Shown here piece by piece: positions 51,324 to 63,563 of a stretch of 64,000 nt of DNA. The stretch lies in NCBI GenBank assembly GCA_001662655.1, contig KV460257.1; one strand, written 5' to 3'. The notes under the pieces are model-generated. The model saw nothing but the letters and a program-made list of their open reading frames with translations. It made no database searches and had not been told where the DNA came from. A program made the translations under genes and the position numbers. Source of the stretch: Pseudogymnoascus verrucosus (taxonomy: Eukaryota). The number at the start of each line of letters is the position of its first letter. Within the stretch, counting starts at the first letter, position 1.

Positions 51324-53248
51324 TCAATGCTTGAGTTTGAGTATGGCCCAGGATGCCAGTCTATGTCCCAGTATGATTACAATCACAATTCCGATATTCT
51401 GCTTCTGATTTTCCGTCTTATACCCAAACTGATTCAAAACAGTTTCCCCGGCAATATGACACTGGCTTGTCGGTATTGGGTCATATCTACAGTGACATCC
51501 ACTGCCACAGTCGTATGTCTCTCCGTCGAACTGGGTGACCATCATGCCCTGGAAGACGTAGTTCTGGAAGTTCCAGTAATAAAACCCATACTTGTAGAAT
51601 GAATTCAGTTTCTCAGGCGGCACCAAGGCGCCTGCAGTCGCAAACCACAAAACGTTAATGAACGCAACTAGTACAAGAGCACCAACCAAATTCGGAACAA
51701 TCGAGATAGCAAGAACCACCACGGCTTCGGCGGCTAGTCAGTCGAAAAAAAGCCAAGTGACCCAGGTAAGGAAGGCCGTTAATGAATTTTGACAGTTAGA
51801 GAGCCAATAGAAGATGATGGAAAACATGATGGAGAAGAGAAACAGGTGCGGCATGCCAACCAAGAAATTGGACACTGAAAACAGGGTGGCCCCGTATAAA
51901 CCGTTGCGTTGCTCATGGATGTACTGTTAGTGGTCTTCAATGAAAGCGGGGACGTATGTCACTGCCATGAACGCCATGAATCCGCAGCTAACAAGGAGCG
52001 CGTTAATCAGAAGCTGGATGGAGTCTTGGTTGCGGTCCAACTGCAGCCAGAGTGTTCCCATCAGGATAGCCAAGCCCATATACATGACGAGCCGAAACGT
52101 GTATGCCATGATATCGCGGTATGCCTTGAGAAAGCTTCGCTGCAACAAGGTCATCAGCTGGCCGCCTATACCGGGCTTGTCGTCGGCTTGGATGCTCAAA
52201 CCCTCGGACGAACGATCAGTAGCCAGTATTGACTCGCAAAGAAGCTGAGCGCTGTTAGATGCTTGCCAGAGAGACTGCAGGTCCGCAATGCGTTGAGAAG
52301 CTGCGGTTATGTCTTGTGAAAAGTCAATATTGACTAACTCAAGCAGAAAATCTGCAGGATTGACTCGTTGAGGGATTGTTACACCGATGCCCTCGCAGTA
52401 GTCAATCACAGCGCTCCTAGCGCCAAAGTACTGTGTTTTCCCCGCCGATAGTAGTAGCAACTTGTTGAAAAGATTAAACGTTGACGTGGACGGTTGGTGA
52501 ATAGAACAGATAATGATGAGATTGTTGCGCTTTGCAAGGTCGCGTAGGTAGCTGATAATGTGAAAACTGGCACTGAGTCGAGCCCGCTGGTGGGCTCATC
52601 GAGGAAAAGAATCTTTGGACCAGTGACGAGCCGTTCAGCAACTGCCAGCCGTCGCTTCTGGCCTTTTGAAATCCCCTTCTCAACAAGCGCACTGGCTTGG
52701 TCAACAAGACCAAAGGATTTGAGAAGTGTATCGATGCGGGCTTGAGATTCATGTCTGAAAGATCTATTCGCCATAAGTATATTTCATGGTCATCGAGAGC
52801 TTACTCACGTTATGCCTGCCAGCTTTGAGGCGAATTGCAGTGTTTCACGAACAGTCAATGACCCAATAAAGGTATCATGGTCCTCCACAAATGACGTGAC
52901 ATGACGGAACGCAGCATCTGGTAGTTGTGTACTGTTGATACAGACTCGGCCGTCAACAGTAGCATTAATAGGTCGCCTAGCAAGAGCATTCAAGAGCGTT
53001 GTCTTGCCACAACCCGATGGCCCCATGACGGCGCAGCAATCACCTAAAGATGGGTCAGTTCGTGGGTGCATATGGACATCAGGGCGATGCATACCAGAAT
53101 TTACAAGACCTTCTACATTATCAAGAATATTTCTGGTTTGTCCGGTCCTGCGATCCTTGATGGCGACAGTCAATCCGCTCCACGAGATTTTGTGTACAGT
53201 GGTATTGAGAAAGTGTTTCTCAGCAACTGGACGCTGCTCGATATCCAT
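51324..53248 (-). pseudogene. Half-size ABCG (White-type) transporter pseudogene (element cargo)
   Basis: Walker A GPSGCGKT, signature ISKGQKRR, Walker B ILFLDEPTSGLD, then the membrane domain (RSFLKAYRD, EQRNGLYG). Frameshift near 52575 and in-frame stops at ~51927 and ~51740. Confidence 0.88.
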
Positions 53249-53503
53249 TCTCAGATACGGCTTGAATGCACTGGATTGAATGTATACAGTATAGTTTCAA
53301 GGATTTTCTCAATATTTTACTATGGAGGCAACAATGAACCGCATCAATATTGTCGTGACTCGTGAGCTGGCGTAGATCTGTGAGGGCCTAAGGTCAGTCT
53401 GCCTCTACATCCGCATTCCCAGACGCACAGGTTGCATACCTATAATTCAGTGCATTACCAAGACACTCCGTCGAGGAAACTCGCATGTGAAATACGTTAC
53501 GTT

Positions 53504-54280
53504 ATGGCTTATTATATACTAATTACACTCACGAATGTGATTGGCTAACTTCTCCCTGCACTTAGTTCGCCATTTGGCCCTCTCCTAGTTGCTAGTTTGA
53601 GGGCAATTTATTTTAATTACATATTTCAATACCGCTATAGCACGATGTTATATTTACGTGGTCTTAGTGGTTTACTTACACGTGGTGGCACCTTGCAGCA
53701 GAAAATTGAGGTGTGTGGTCAACATCTGGTATCACCGGGTGGTGGCCAGCAGATCGCTACTCTTTCAAATTGTGAGCCATTATTTCCGTCAACTTATTAA
53801 CACTGTTACTCACGGGCATAGAGGGCAACCGCACGTGGGATTTGAGCCACAATTGAATCCGCAACTGAGACGTAATCTTAGTTTCAGAGTGACGACGATT
53901 TGTAAAACGCCAACTACAACGCCAACATCGTCAATGGTTTCCCTCACAACATTGTTAGCCACAATTGGCAGCCGCACCCGCAATTTGAGCCACAGTTTAA
54001 ATCGCAATTTGAAAACGACAATAGTATTATCTATCTTATGACGTCATAGATCCCTTATTTCTCCCCTCCACCTTCTCATCCTCATTCTTTGCCTTTTTGC
54101 TCACATAGTAAAGCCTCGCCCTTCGTGTCTTGCATATTTTCCTCATCGTCTTCGCTCTTCCGTTTTCTAGACACACAGTTTGAACGCGGTTCTCCAATAC
54201 AATGCACATCTTCAAAATGAGCTCTAAAATCTGATGGGGACTTGAGATGTGCGTGACACATAGGGTGTGGACGTTTTGAT
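53504..54280 (-). mobile_element. Inverted remnant of a related element: captain 3' end, downstream sequence and right arm of the inverted repeat
   Basis: 53970-54275 (reverse complement) aligns with 48285-48590: PHPMC...AHFEDVHCIGEPRSNCVSRKRKSEDDEENMQDTKGEAL versus PHPLC...AHFQDAHCIEEPRSNCVTMKRKSEDDEENVQDPKGEAL. 53504-53758 aligns with 49924-50228. Confidence 0.85.
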
Positions 54281-54318
54281 TCCCCATAAGTAATGAAAGC
54301 CCACTATAGGCGCTTCGA

Positions 54319-56166
54319 TTACTTTAGTGTCACGTGGACGTCGACTTGTGATTCGTCAAATCTCCTCGATGCATGGCTCGTCTCCTCGTCATCCGGACTC
54401 CATTCTTCCGGCTGGAAATTAGGGTTACTGTAATGTGCAGTATTATAGTGACTATTTTTGAACATGCTTGTCTGGAAGATCGGTGCCGATGGGTCGTTCC
54501 AGTCGCTCTCGTACTCGTACTTGGAGTGCCGAAACTGGTTGCCCAAACTAGACAGAGGAACTTCAACATGAAGATTGCGAGTGCGTTGTGGTTGTGATGG
54601 TGCGCTATGGACTGAAGGAGCAGCAGCCGGGACGATTGGCGTGCCAGAGTCGTGGGGAGATACCGCTGATATAGGTGGGACATACTGCATGTTTGGTGTC
54701 GACACTGATGTATCGAATGGATAGGTGGGTGTCAAGATAGGCTCGTAGTCGCCGAGGGGGGTATATGTCGAGGGAAAGCCATGATTACTCAGAGCTGCCA
54801 GAGACAGGCCAGGTATGTTCACTGTACCGGGCAGGTAAAACGAGTTCAAGTTGGGTATCGGCGATGGATCCATAGCACGATTGAAGACGCCACCACGGTT
54901 AAACCGGATATTACTAGCAGCGGACGCGCTATCGATGATCTGATGCTGTCGTAGAGATTGGGAAGCGTTGGTATACTTGCATAAGATGTCATAGTGGCCA
55001 GGTTGGTAAAGAAAGTGAACGGTGGGTCCAGCAGGGTTGATTGGAATGCCATTATCATCCTCGGCCCGGATAAGATGACTATTAACGTGTGTGCCACTCC
55101 TGTCCTGGTAGACAATCTCGACGGCGATACTCATTGGATTCATGAGGACGTCAATCAAAATGGTCACCCCTAGATTCTCAACCTCTATGTTCAGAGGCTC
55201 TAGCATGTCCTTGCAGAAGTTGCCGACCCCGTCTGGAATGAAGCCTTGGTTAGTGACAGAGATAGCCTTCAAAAAAGCACTGGCAAAAAGTCTGAAGTAG
55301 TACATTATGGCGCTAGAAACCTCCTCGTCGTTGAAGCGCCGAAGGATCAGTGAGTTTGCATCTGATTGTGGCCCCACGTGTATGGCAGCGAGATCCGTCA
55401 ATAGGTTGATTACTTCACCCCTAATATCCTCAAAGATCCATTTCCGATGGTCGCACCACATTTCAATAGAGCCTGTTAGGTTCATGCTCCCATACTCTTC
55501 GTCTATCCGGTCCTTGCTCCCAAGATTGTGGAAAGTCCCGAGGTAGGGGAAGTTCATAGCTAAAGCAGTTAGCGCGTGGTCCTACCATCATCTGAGTTTA
55601 CCGGGCCCAATATCAAAAGCTACGATTCTAAAATGGAGAAAAGCAGGTTGATGTAGGTTTGAGAATACGGACATCGCCATCGACAGTTGGCATCGTCGAG
55701 CAACGGTCGATAGTGACTGTAGGTCTGACATAACTGCTGCTAAGTAGTCAGTAGTGATTTTTATGTACAGCTGGGACGGCCTACTGAAGCTTTGGCCATA
55801 TAGCCTGGATCGGCCTTTGCGTGTTCGTCTCTGATATCGTGAGTGCTCTTCTCCCCCCCCACCAAAGGTCCCTGTAATTCAATTAGCACAACTCCACGCC
55901 AAAGCGAATAGCTGCAGCCTTACTTTCAAGTCTGGTTGATACCCTCTCGCCGGCGCCTCTAGGGTGGCCATATCGTCCGCGGTTGGTGGGTTATCCAAGG
56001 TGCTGTTGTAGCGCTGTATCTGACTCCCGAAGGAGCCAAGATCAGTAAAATTTAATCCTAGATTCAACGTCGCAGCCTGGAAATTATAGTCGCTGGGTAG
56101 GCTATTGCCTGATACTGACGCGGCATAAGCAAGGGACGAGAAAGGGATCGCTTGCGGCTGAAACAT
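54319..56166 (-). CDS. Otubain-like deubiquitinase (peptidase C65), diverged; element cargo, multi-exon
   Basis: MFQPQ...ARGYQPDLK | GPLVG...DPGYMAK | QTYSHYRPLLDDANCRWR (Cys loop) | ...YYFRLFASAFLK...FLYQPGHYDIL, with the fungal-type C-terminus FQTSMFKNSHYNTAHYSNPNFQPEEWSP. Confidence 0.82.
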
Positions 56167-58492
56167 CTCCCGCGAGAGACTGGAGTCTATTCACTTATTC
56201 TAGAGCACGAAGGAAGGCCAAGGCAACAGATGATCACTGGCGACGTGAGCGACGAAAGGAACCAAACAACAGTTCGACAGTGATGTGCATCTGCTCTTCG
56301 ATATGGAAAGTTTGAATTGTTGAACAAGTACTTTATATTCCAGGGGCGAGTATTCCCTACGTGTATATACTCCATCTGTCTCTCTTGAAGCTCCGAGGCT
56401 GACGACGTGCAATTGGAAGGCAATAATGGTCGCCGTTGCATGCAGTGAGAATAGATCGCCTTGCAGGCCGAGTGGTGCATGGCCCTTCCTTCAAATATCG
56501 CAAATGAGGCAGCACTGTGCACATCGGCTAGCCTCATATTCGTAGCTTGGCATCTTCATTCTTCTTTAGGACCAGACAACCTAGACTAATTGTTCTCCCA
56601 GGTTCTGGCCCATGTGAGGATCGTACGACAATCGGCAGATGCCCTACCCTGTTGGGAGATTCCCAAGCTTTGTCGTCTCCTGCATAACATACATGGACCA
56701 GATCCCTGTTGACACTTCTGCATCTGGCATCTGCTTGGTTGATCTGTGGTTATCGATTTCTGAGAGACAATAATGCGGGGCTTGGAGCCCAGTGCAGAAA
56801 CGATCCACTGCCCTGTATCAAAGAGAGACAAGGCAATACCCCGATTCAGGAGTATGAAATCCGCTAATTGAAAAAGACACTATGAGTCCCTGCGGGCGGA
56901 GTTAACTCCATATAGGTAAGTACCATACCCATGAGTGTTCAACTCGTTCAATGCATTGCCTTGGGTGCTTACTTCTGCAAGTGCCGCCGATTTGAACTGT
57001 CTTGATCCTTGCTCGGAATGCGATCCGCGCTTCCCATGAAACACATCAACGAATACATGAACTATACCGCCACTGCAATATCAATTTGCGTTCCCCAGAT
57101 CTTGTCAACGAAACGGATACGAGAGAAGAAAACCACCGCTATATTCTCTTTTTCCGCTTGGCTGCGTCGCTGGTTTCGTGAAGGGCACGGGGTGAGAATT
57201 CAACAGAGGTCCCGACCTGATTTCTACGCGATATGTCGCACACTCCTTCAAGCAAATCAAAGATAATAAGCAATTGGTGTAACAGCATTTGCCTGATCGG
57301 CAGCTTGACCGGTGAAATAATTTCGGTTTAGCTGGTGCAGCAAATAAGTCTATTGGTTTTATGCGAATTTCGTTCATGGGCATGATATTGAACGATCTCG
57401 AGGTGAGACATAGCTCGTTGTCAAATGCTTTGTGGGCTCTACACGCCACTACACGCCACTTTGCCGTCGCTAGTCTCGATATAGAGCGATCATCCGAGAC
57501 AGGGTCCTCTCACATCAGGTTCCTCATCTTTTCTTTCCCTCAAATACGGCACACCACCTATCAAAGCTCCTCTGAGCATACGAACAAAGTATTCACATTG
57601 TAGCTGTTGGACTAACAATCATTACTCTCCTCAGCAGGACTCTGTGCTACGCCTCCGTCTTCGCATACTGTCCGCCCTGCACGCGACGCGATCCCTTCCC
57701 TTGGTGTTGGTACGTTACTCGGATATCGGACGTCGTATAGCTCCGAGACATGTATGGGCGCGCGAGATTGGCTGCGCCGGCATAATGGGAATTGGGAGGC
57801 GGAGAGAAGGGAGACGGATATGCTGTACTCGAGTATCACTATCTTTGCCCCTCTAAAGTCCCGAACCATGTGGGGGGAGCACAAGTCTGGCCATCACCAT
57901 CCCCATTGCTACTACGAGAGCGCCACCACGCGCCGCGGTGCAACCACAGCTGTCCCTGACGCGCAGACAAGGCTCGGCACATCAGCACACTCAACTATTG
58001 TTTCAGAGAGCACGAATACCAAGTCTACCAAGCTTCGGATTGTTAAATCTTCGGCGCTGTTAGACCTTGCTGAGCTGGATTGTTCGCTCTTGACTAGGAG
58101 AACTCATAACTTACTACTTACTGAACAGCACCGACGTACCCTTGCTGGTTGACCCTTGTCAATCTCAGAGTACAAATTACGACGCTTGTTACTGATACGC
58201 ACCACCATCTACCTAAATCCGCTAAGGTCCATATTTAACCTCCCCCCACCAGATCATATACGCTCCCTCCCTCCTCTTCCCACGATTTTACCGAATCACA
58301 CCAGACGCTATTTTTTATGAGTCTTCGCATGATCATTTGACTCTCGGATTTTATCACTTTTATTGCATTCCGTAACTCAATATTGAGAACCTGAGCATCA
58401 GCATGAAAGATGGCGGTCACAAGAAGGCCATACATTTCGGCCCTGGCAATTCCACGCTATGCCTATTGGCACGATTAAGAGTATTAACCCAC

Positions 58493-58545
58493 TGAATGGC
58501 AGAGCGGACGGGATGCCCAGTTCTGTTGAGTCTATGGTCGTATGT
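58493..58545 (-). rRNA. 5S rRNA gene, 5' half (interrupted)
   Basis: Reverse complement ACATACGACCATAGACTCAACAGAACTGGGCATCCCGTCCGCTCTGCCATTCA. Its CTCAA can pair with TTGAG in the 3' half (helix II), consistent with both halves coming from one gene. Confidence 0.93.
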
Positions 58546-58864
58546 GATAATTACTTGCTTATCGGAAGATACATACCATATAAACCCTGCTCAGCTATGG
58601 CACTCTAGCTCTAGGGGCTAGGATAGCCTGCTTCGCATGTTGATATCTGTTACTTGATCGAGAACCAAGCAGACTTCGGGAGACTAAACCACCGAGAGGA
58701 CTAGCGGCGGACGCTCTGAGATAAGCTTGCGAGTCTGAGCTTCAGGTTAAAATGTACGCCACCGAAAGCCTGGAGGTGGGCTCATTGCTTATACGTCGTC
58801 ACCTGCGGGCGCTGTACCCCTCGCGAATGACGACGAGAAAAGCAACATTCTACTTTTCTCGTCG

Positions 58865-59613
58865 TCATTCGCGAGGGGTATCGCTTACGGACCTCAGCCG
58901 GAGGTGCGAGCCATCGTCGTTATCAGGCTCAGCCTCCTTTGATTCCTGCTCTGGGACCACCAAGAAGCTAGGACACAGGGGACCGTGGATAACGATCTTC
59001 GTGGATAGTATTCCCACATATGGATGTTTAAGGACCTCACTGATGGAGCATGCCTTGGTGTCTCCCGTTTTGTAGTCCTCCAGCGTTGGCGGTGATCCTG
59101 GCCCTTCCGGCTCGGGCGGACAGCCGCAAGATCCTCTATCGGCAGTACACTGGTTTAAGTGAGTTAGCTGCCATTTGGTATGAGGTGTACTAAAAGCTTT
59201 GAGCTCTGCCTTGAACCTGTCGTACGCGTCAATGTATTCTGCAATCCTGGCGAGGTCGACGCACCCGCTATGCTGGAACCATTTCCGCAACATCAGGCCC
59301 CATGTCCAAGGCCGGCCGCTATTCCACCGATAACCACCCTTGTCGAGCTTAAATTGAGACGGCGCTAGCAATGGAAGATCGATCATATTCTCTAGGCACG
59401 ATATGTGGAAATACTCGAGGTTATGGCTCACAAGGGCAATTCGGTAATCAGCCATGATCAGGCTATCTCCTCTTGGCAACGCATTTGTGATGAAACATTC
59501 TTTGCCCGGCAATGTGCTCGTCTCATATGTATTGGCGGGGACGGCTGTAGGAGAATTGTGATTGCGGCATCTTGCTCGAGCCGGCGTTGTAGTCTTCGCC
59601 CGTCCTCTGCCAT
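58865..59613 (-). pseudogene. Hypothetical Cys/His-containing protein, apparently frameshifted near 59505
   Basis: The upstream frame MAEDGRRLQRRLEQ...RRAHCRAK joins the ORF ECFITN...YFHISCLE only through a 1-nt shift. The CxxxxC...HxxC spacing resembles a zinc finger. Confidence 0.5.
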
Positions 59614-60081
59614 CCTTTCCTCTTGGGTTAGGCGGATCTCCGGCGGCTGCTTCGGGGTCGGTGGAGTTTCGTGTCCATCGCTTCTGGGAAGATTTGGGAG
59701 GAGGGTTATTGCTTTGACTAGGAGAAAAATTTAATTAGATGGATCTGCCCTAAGACAGATGATCGAAGCCTTATTCAATGGGCGAGGCGGTTGACGTTGA
59801 TGTGAAGTCGAACAATTACAAGCAAAGGAATACCCCAAGCCAGAAATACTTGCGAATGCCAGCTACGACGAAATCAAAATGTACTTTAGGGACCTCAGAC
59901 TTCTGCGTCGTGCGTGGTGGCTCATCGAATTACCCAAAAAATGGCTCATAGATCTTCCTTAAGCAGGGAAGATAAGAAAGAAGATGTGGGGGGGATCCAT
60001 ACAAGCTGATCAGAAGTCCCGCACCTTAAAGGTGTAGGGCTATATGCCAGCGATGCTTGGAGGATTTTTTGCAAGGATAAT

Positions 60082-60462
60082 ATGTACGAAAAAGCAGGCA
60101 TGAAAGTGATGGAAAGCGAGTGGAAGATCGTCAAGCCAAAGGACAAAGAGCTAAGATTCTACTTAATATGGAGGTGGGCAAAAGAGGGTTATTATTGGGA
60201 CCCTGAGACTGGGGTAGCTATTGAACGAAGCTTGGAGACTGGTGATTGCGATCGAGGCATGAGCTGTCTCACAATTGATGATTCGAAAGGAGACCGACGA
60301 CTACAACAAGTTCGTATCTCTGATTCGAAGACTAAAGAAGTCTGCTATCTGGAGGAGCTACCAGTTCCTCTTGGCCGTGTTATGAAAGGAACGGCTGAAG
60401 GGGAGCCCGTTGCAACCATATCAGATATTGCTACTGATGGTTCACCTGTGAAATATATCTAA
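60082..60462 (+). CDS. Small hypothetical protein or gene fragment
   Basis: 126-aa ORF with plausible composition. No recognised motif. Confidence 0.35.
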   Translation: MYEKAGMKVMESEWKIVKPKDKELRFYLIWRWAKEGYYWDPETGVAIERSLETGDCDRGMSCLTIDDSKGDRRLQQVRISDSKTKEVCYLEELPVPLGRVMKGTAEGEPVATISDIATDGSPVKYI

Positions 60463-60899
60463 TGCCGAATAACTTAATGGGCTTTAAAATCTACAAGAGC
60501 GCTGCCATTTTGTCAGTGATCCATACTGTAAAGCGTCTCGATTTTATAAGTAAGCAACCTTTGCTATAGGATATTCATCTGTTCGTGATGGTACTTTGGA
60601 GCAATAAATTGAGTTCACCATTGATAGCTAGCTATTTCCGCACCAAAGACACATATAAACGAAACTTAAGAAGCCGGGCCATTCAAGAGTTTGAGCAAGC
60701 ACAGTGAATTGCACACTACAGCTGCCTACGAACTCTAGACCTCCCCACCTATCTCATGTCTCGACAGACCCATTTGAGACAGACACCGAACTACCAGAGT
60801 CTAAAATTATCATAGAAATCATCTTGGCTACAGCTCGACCAGTCTTACTCTCCACCGTCCCGCCCATCCTTATCCATACTTCACACTCCCTATCTCGGC

Positions 60900-62150
60900 T
60901 AAGGGGCTTGCATTGCACAACTGTCGAGATACTGTCTTCTGTAGGAGCTGTGTTCAACATTTGTTCCAATTGCGGCTTTCGAGAACTTCTTATTTAACCG
61001 GCGGACGAATGTTGGTCTGCCAAGATTCGGTTGATATGCGCCTTAACGCGACAGCCGAGCTCGCCTGGGAGGCTCTGGAAGGGAGGTTGGAGATAAGAGG
61101 ACATCTTGTAAGGGTTTCCTACTACAGCATTTGAAATAATCAGATCATCACTGCTCAACGCGCTCTTGAGGATTTCGTGATACGGGGGAGGGACATATCA
61201 CATTGATGGGTGACAACCACTACCTTCCGCCTCTTGAGCTCAGCTTGACAAATGCTACTCGCCTCTACATAAGATGTTTCAACCCTCGCTCACAGATATA
61301 TTCTATTGCTGCAACGTCCCATTTCAATAACATCCACACCAACCGAAGAGCCGATCAACCTGCTTTCAACCTCCATTAAGTTTCAGCAGGTTTCTGTGGA
61401 GGTGCTGCAGGAATACGCGGAATGAAGCATAGTAACTGGACTATTACAGTTTCAATTTCAAGGACAATCTGTCTACTTTTTTCCCCATGCCGTGTACTAC
61501 ACTCCCTTCTCCGTTGCTTCTTGCAACAGCCTTTCCTCCGTTCCGGATACTGCCTTGAGTCTTTATGACCATAAGTGCCTTCGATTATGGTGGGGTCGAA
61601 ATACCGCTGTATTTTGTCAACGCAGAGATATCCTAGTATCGCCGACACAAATCGTAATCCGTCCTGGTTAATGTCGAAAGGAGGCGATGCGCACAGATAA
61701 TTGAATGAATCGCGAAATACATCCAGCCCGTCCGCAACTGCCTGCTTTCGTGCATGGATTGTTGCCACCCGGATGGCTTAGGCGGCTTGGTTTCTGCGGC
61801 TTAAACTATTATCGATCGTCAAAGCATTTTAAGCCTTTCCACCCTGGACATATACCAACTCAAGTCTACCAGGTAAAGGAGCGGTCTATCTTGACCCCCT
61901 GCAGTACAGTGGGTCTAGTGTTTGTGACAACGGGATGATCTGCATTATCTAGTGGTGCCTTGGGACATAACAATGCGAGACTTCATGAAACTCGGGCGCA
62001 TTCACAACTTCCTGCTACTACCTCACAACTACTCCTTCCTTACCTCTACACAAATTCGAAAAGTCGTGACAATTACGGCAATACTATCCAAACCGCTCCC
62101 TCGAAACCGTAGTAAGGCTGCCAGTAGAGAAAAGACGTTTTAACATGGAC
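60900..62150 (-). pseudogene. Heavily degraded fungal-specific protein kinase (FunK1/Pkinase_fungal) remnant
   Basis: Fragments SPPFDINQDGLRFVSAILGYL...FDPTI and KDSRQYPER / EERLLQEATEKGV (shifted frame) resemble this family. Boundaries are approximate. Confidence 0.6.
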
Positions 62151-62831
62151 AATATGTTGGTAACGCAAACATACGTAAATGCCTTCAAGGCTGTTGTGAC
62201 GAGTCAATGTGCTTTGTGGGTTATCATCTTCACCTCCGCACTGGTAATAATATAATTCCGAAGCAGGTTATTTGGAGATGCTCACCATCACCGTCCATTT
62301 ACCATAATGATGCGTCATATTCATGTATGTCTCAGAATATCACTCCCATCAATATGTGCTGGCCGAGGCAGAACGAAAGCCCAACGCAGGTCGTGAGTAT
62401 GGTTATATCGAAGCTGATCACCGAAAAAAAGCTTTCATGTAGCTCAACACGCCCTAGTGTGGAACAATATCGTCTCTGGGTGGATTGGAGGCGTTAACCG
62501 TGCATATACTCGGATGCGGCCGTCCCTAGCGGGAAATCATCATCTGCAAGGCGGGGTGGAGTAGCGACGTGGTCCTCTGATTATCAGGGTCAGAGCAATG
62601 CCCATTACATTTTGATAATTTTCAAAGATGGAGAATTGATTTATGGTATCGAGATATTTTTTTTAGCAATTTGGTATATATAGATTTGTCCCTTTAATGA
62701 AATTCAAGTTATCTACAGCAGTCTACCTCAAGCCATTCTCACTTTACGATCACAATTGCTCTTCCTCATCGGTCTTCTTCTTCCATCCACATCCACCTAT
62801 CATCACCAACACTTCAAAGCCATTTCCTAGT

Positions 62832-63563
62832 ATGAAGTGTACCATTTTCAGCAATGGCAGGCTCGCCCTTTTTGCTCTCGCCATCACACAATTCAGCCCC
62901 ATCCTAGCCCACCCTTCCATAGTCGAGCGCGGTTCCCCCATTGCCCTGGGAGCTGCCAAAACATACGGAGCAATCGCAGCCACGACTCTCACTAGCACAG
63001 GCAACACTCGCATCACCGGCGACTGCGGAACCTGCCCTGGAACATCAATCACCGGCTTCCTCCCTGGAGTGTGTACCGGAACCACATCAGCGGGTGGGAA
63101 AGCAGCTTGCGCCGCAGAAGCCGCTTGTCTTTCCGCATACAACAATGCTAGAGGTCTTGCCTCTACCGCTACAGCTCTCCCATCATCGGACCTCGCAGGC
63201 TTAGCATTGGCTCCAGGCGTCTACAAATTCCCCACGGCGGCAGCCACTAATTCGGCCACTCTGACACTTAACGGAGCTAAGAACACCATGGGGCAATTCA
63301 TCTTCCTCATCGACACAACCTTAACAACTGCCGGTAGCTCCAAGGTCGTGTTGATCAACGGCGCACAAGCTTGCAATGTTTATTTTATTGTTGGCTCATC
63401 TGCTACTATTGGAGAGTCAAGTGCAATGACCGGAAATATTCTGGCGCATACTTCTATTGGTCTGACCAATGCTGCGAGTAATAAAGGTACTCTCTGTGCA
63501 CTCAATGGAGCTGTTACTTTGATCAACAACTCCCTCACTGCTCAGACTGTCTGCAGTTCATAG
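62832..63563 (+). CDS. Secreted DUF3494 ice-binding-like protein, intronless
   Basis: Signal peptide, then IALGAAKTYGAIAATTLTSTGNTRITGD.G..PGTSITGF, DLAGLALAPGVYK, LTLNG, FIF, VVLINGAQACNVYFIVGSSATIG, GNILAHTSI and ALNGAVTLINN, the DUF3494 beta-solenoid pattern. Confidence 0.9.
   Translation: MKCTIFSNGRLALFALAITQFSPILAHPSIVERGSPIALGAAKTYGAIAATTLTSTGNTRITGDCGTCPGTSITGFLPGVCTGTTSAGGKAACAAEAACLSAYNNARGLASTATALPSSDLAGLALAPGVYKFPTAAATNSATLTLNGAKNTMGQFIFLIDTTLTTAGSSKVVLINGAQACNVYFIVGSSATIGESSAMTGNILAHTSIGLTNAASNKGTLCALNGAVTLINNSLTAQTVCSS

Larger units (their letters stand above)
45505..58492 (+). mobile_element. Starship-type tyrosine-recombinase element (~13 kb) inserted in 5S rDNA
   Basis: Flanked by the two halves of one 5S gene. 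TGAA direct repeats at 45501-45504 and 58493-58496. Imperfect TIRs (GTGGATTGATACTCT... and ...AGAGTATTAACCCAC). A DUF3435-like captain is the first gene, starting ~360 bp inside the left end. Confidence 0.9.

Noticed and set aside
54036..54287. 83-aa ORF as an independent gene
   Set aside because: It is an off-frame reading of the inverted captain 3' remnant.
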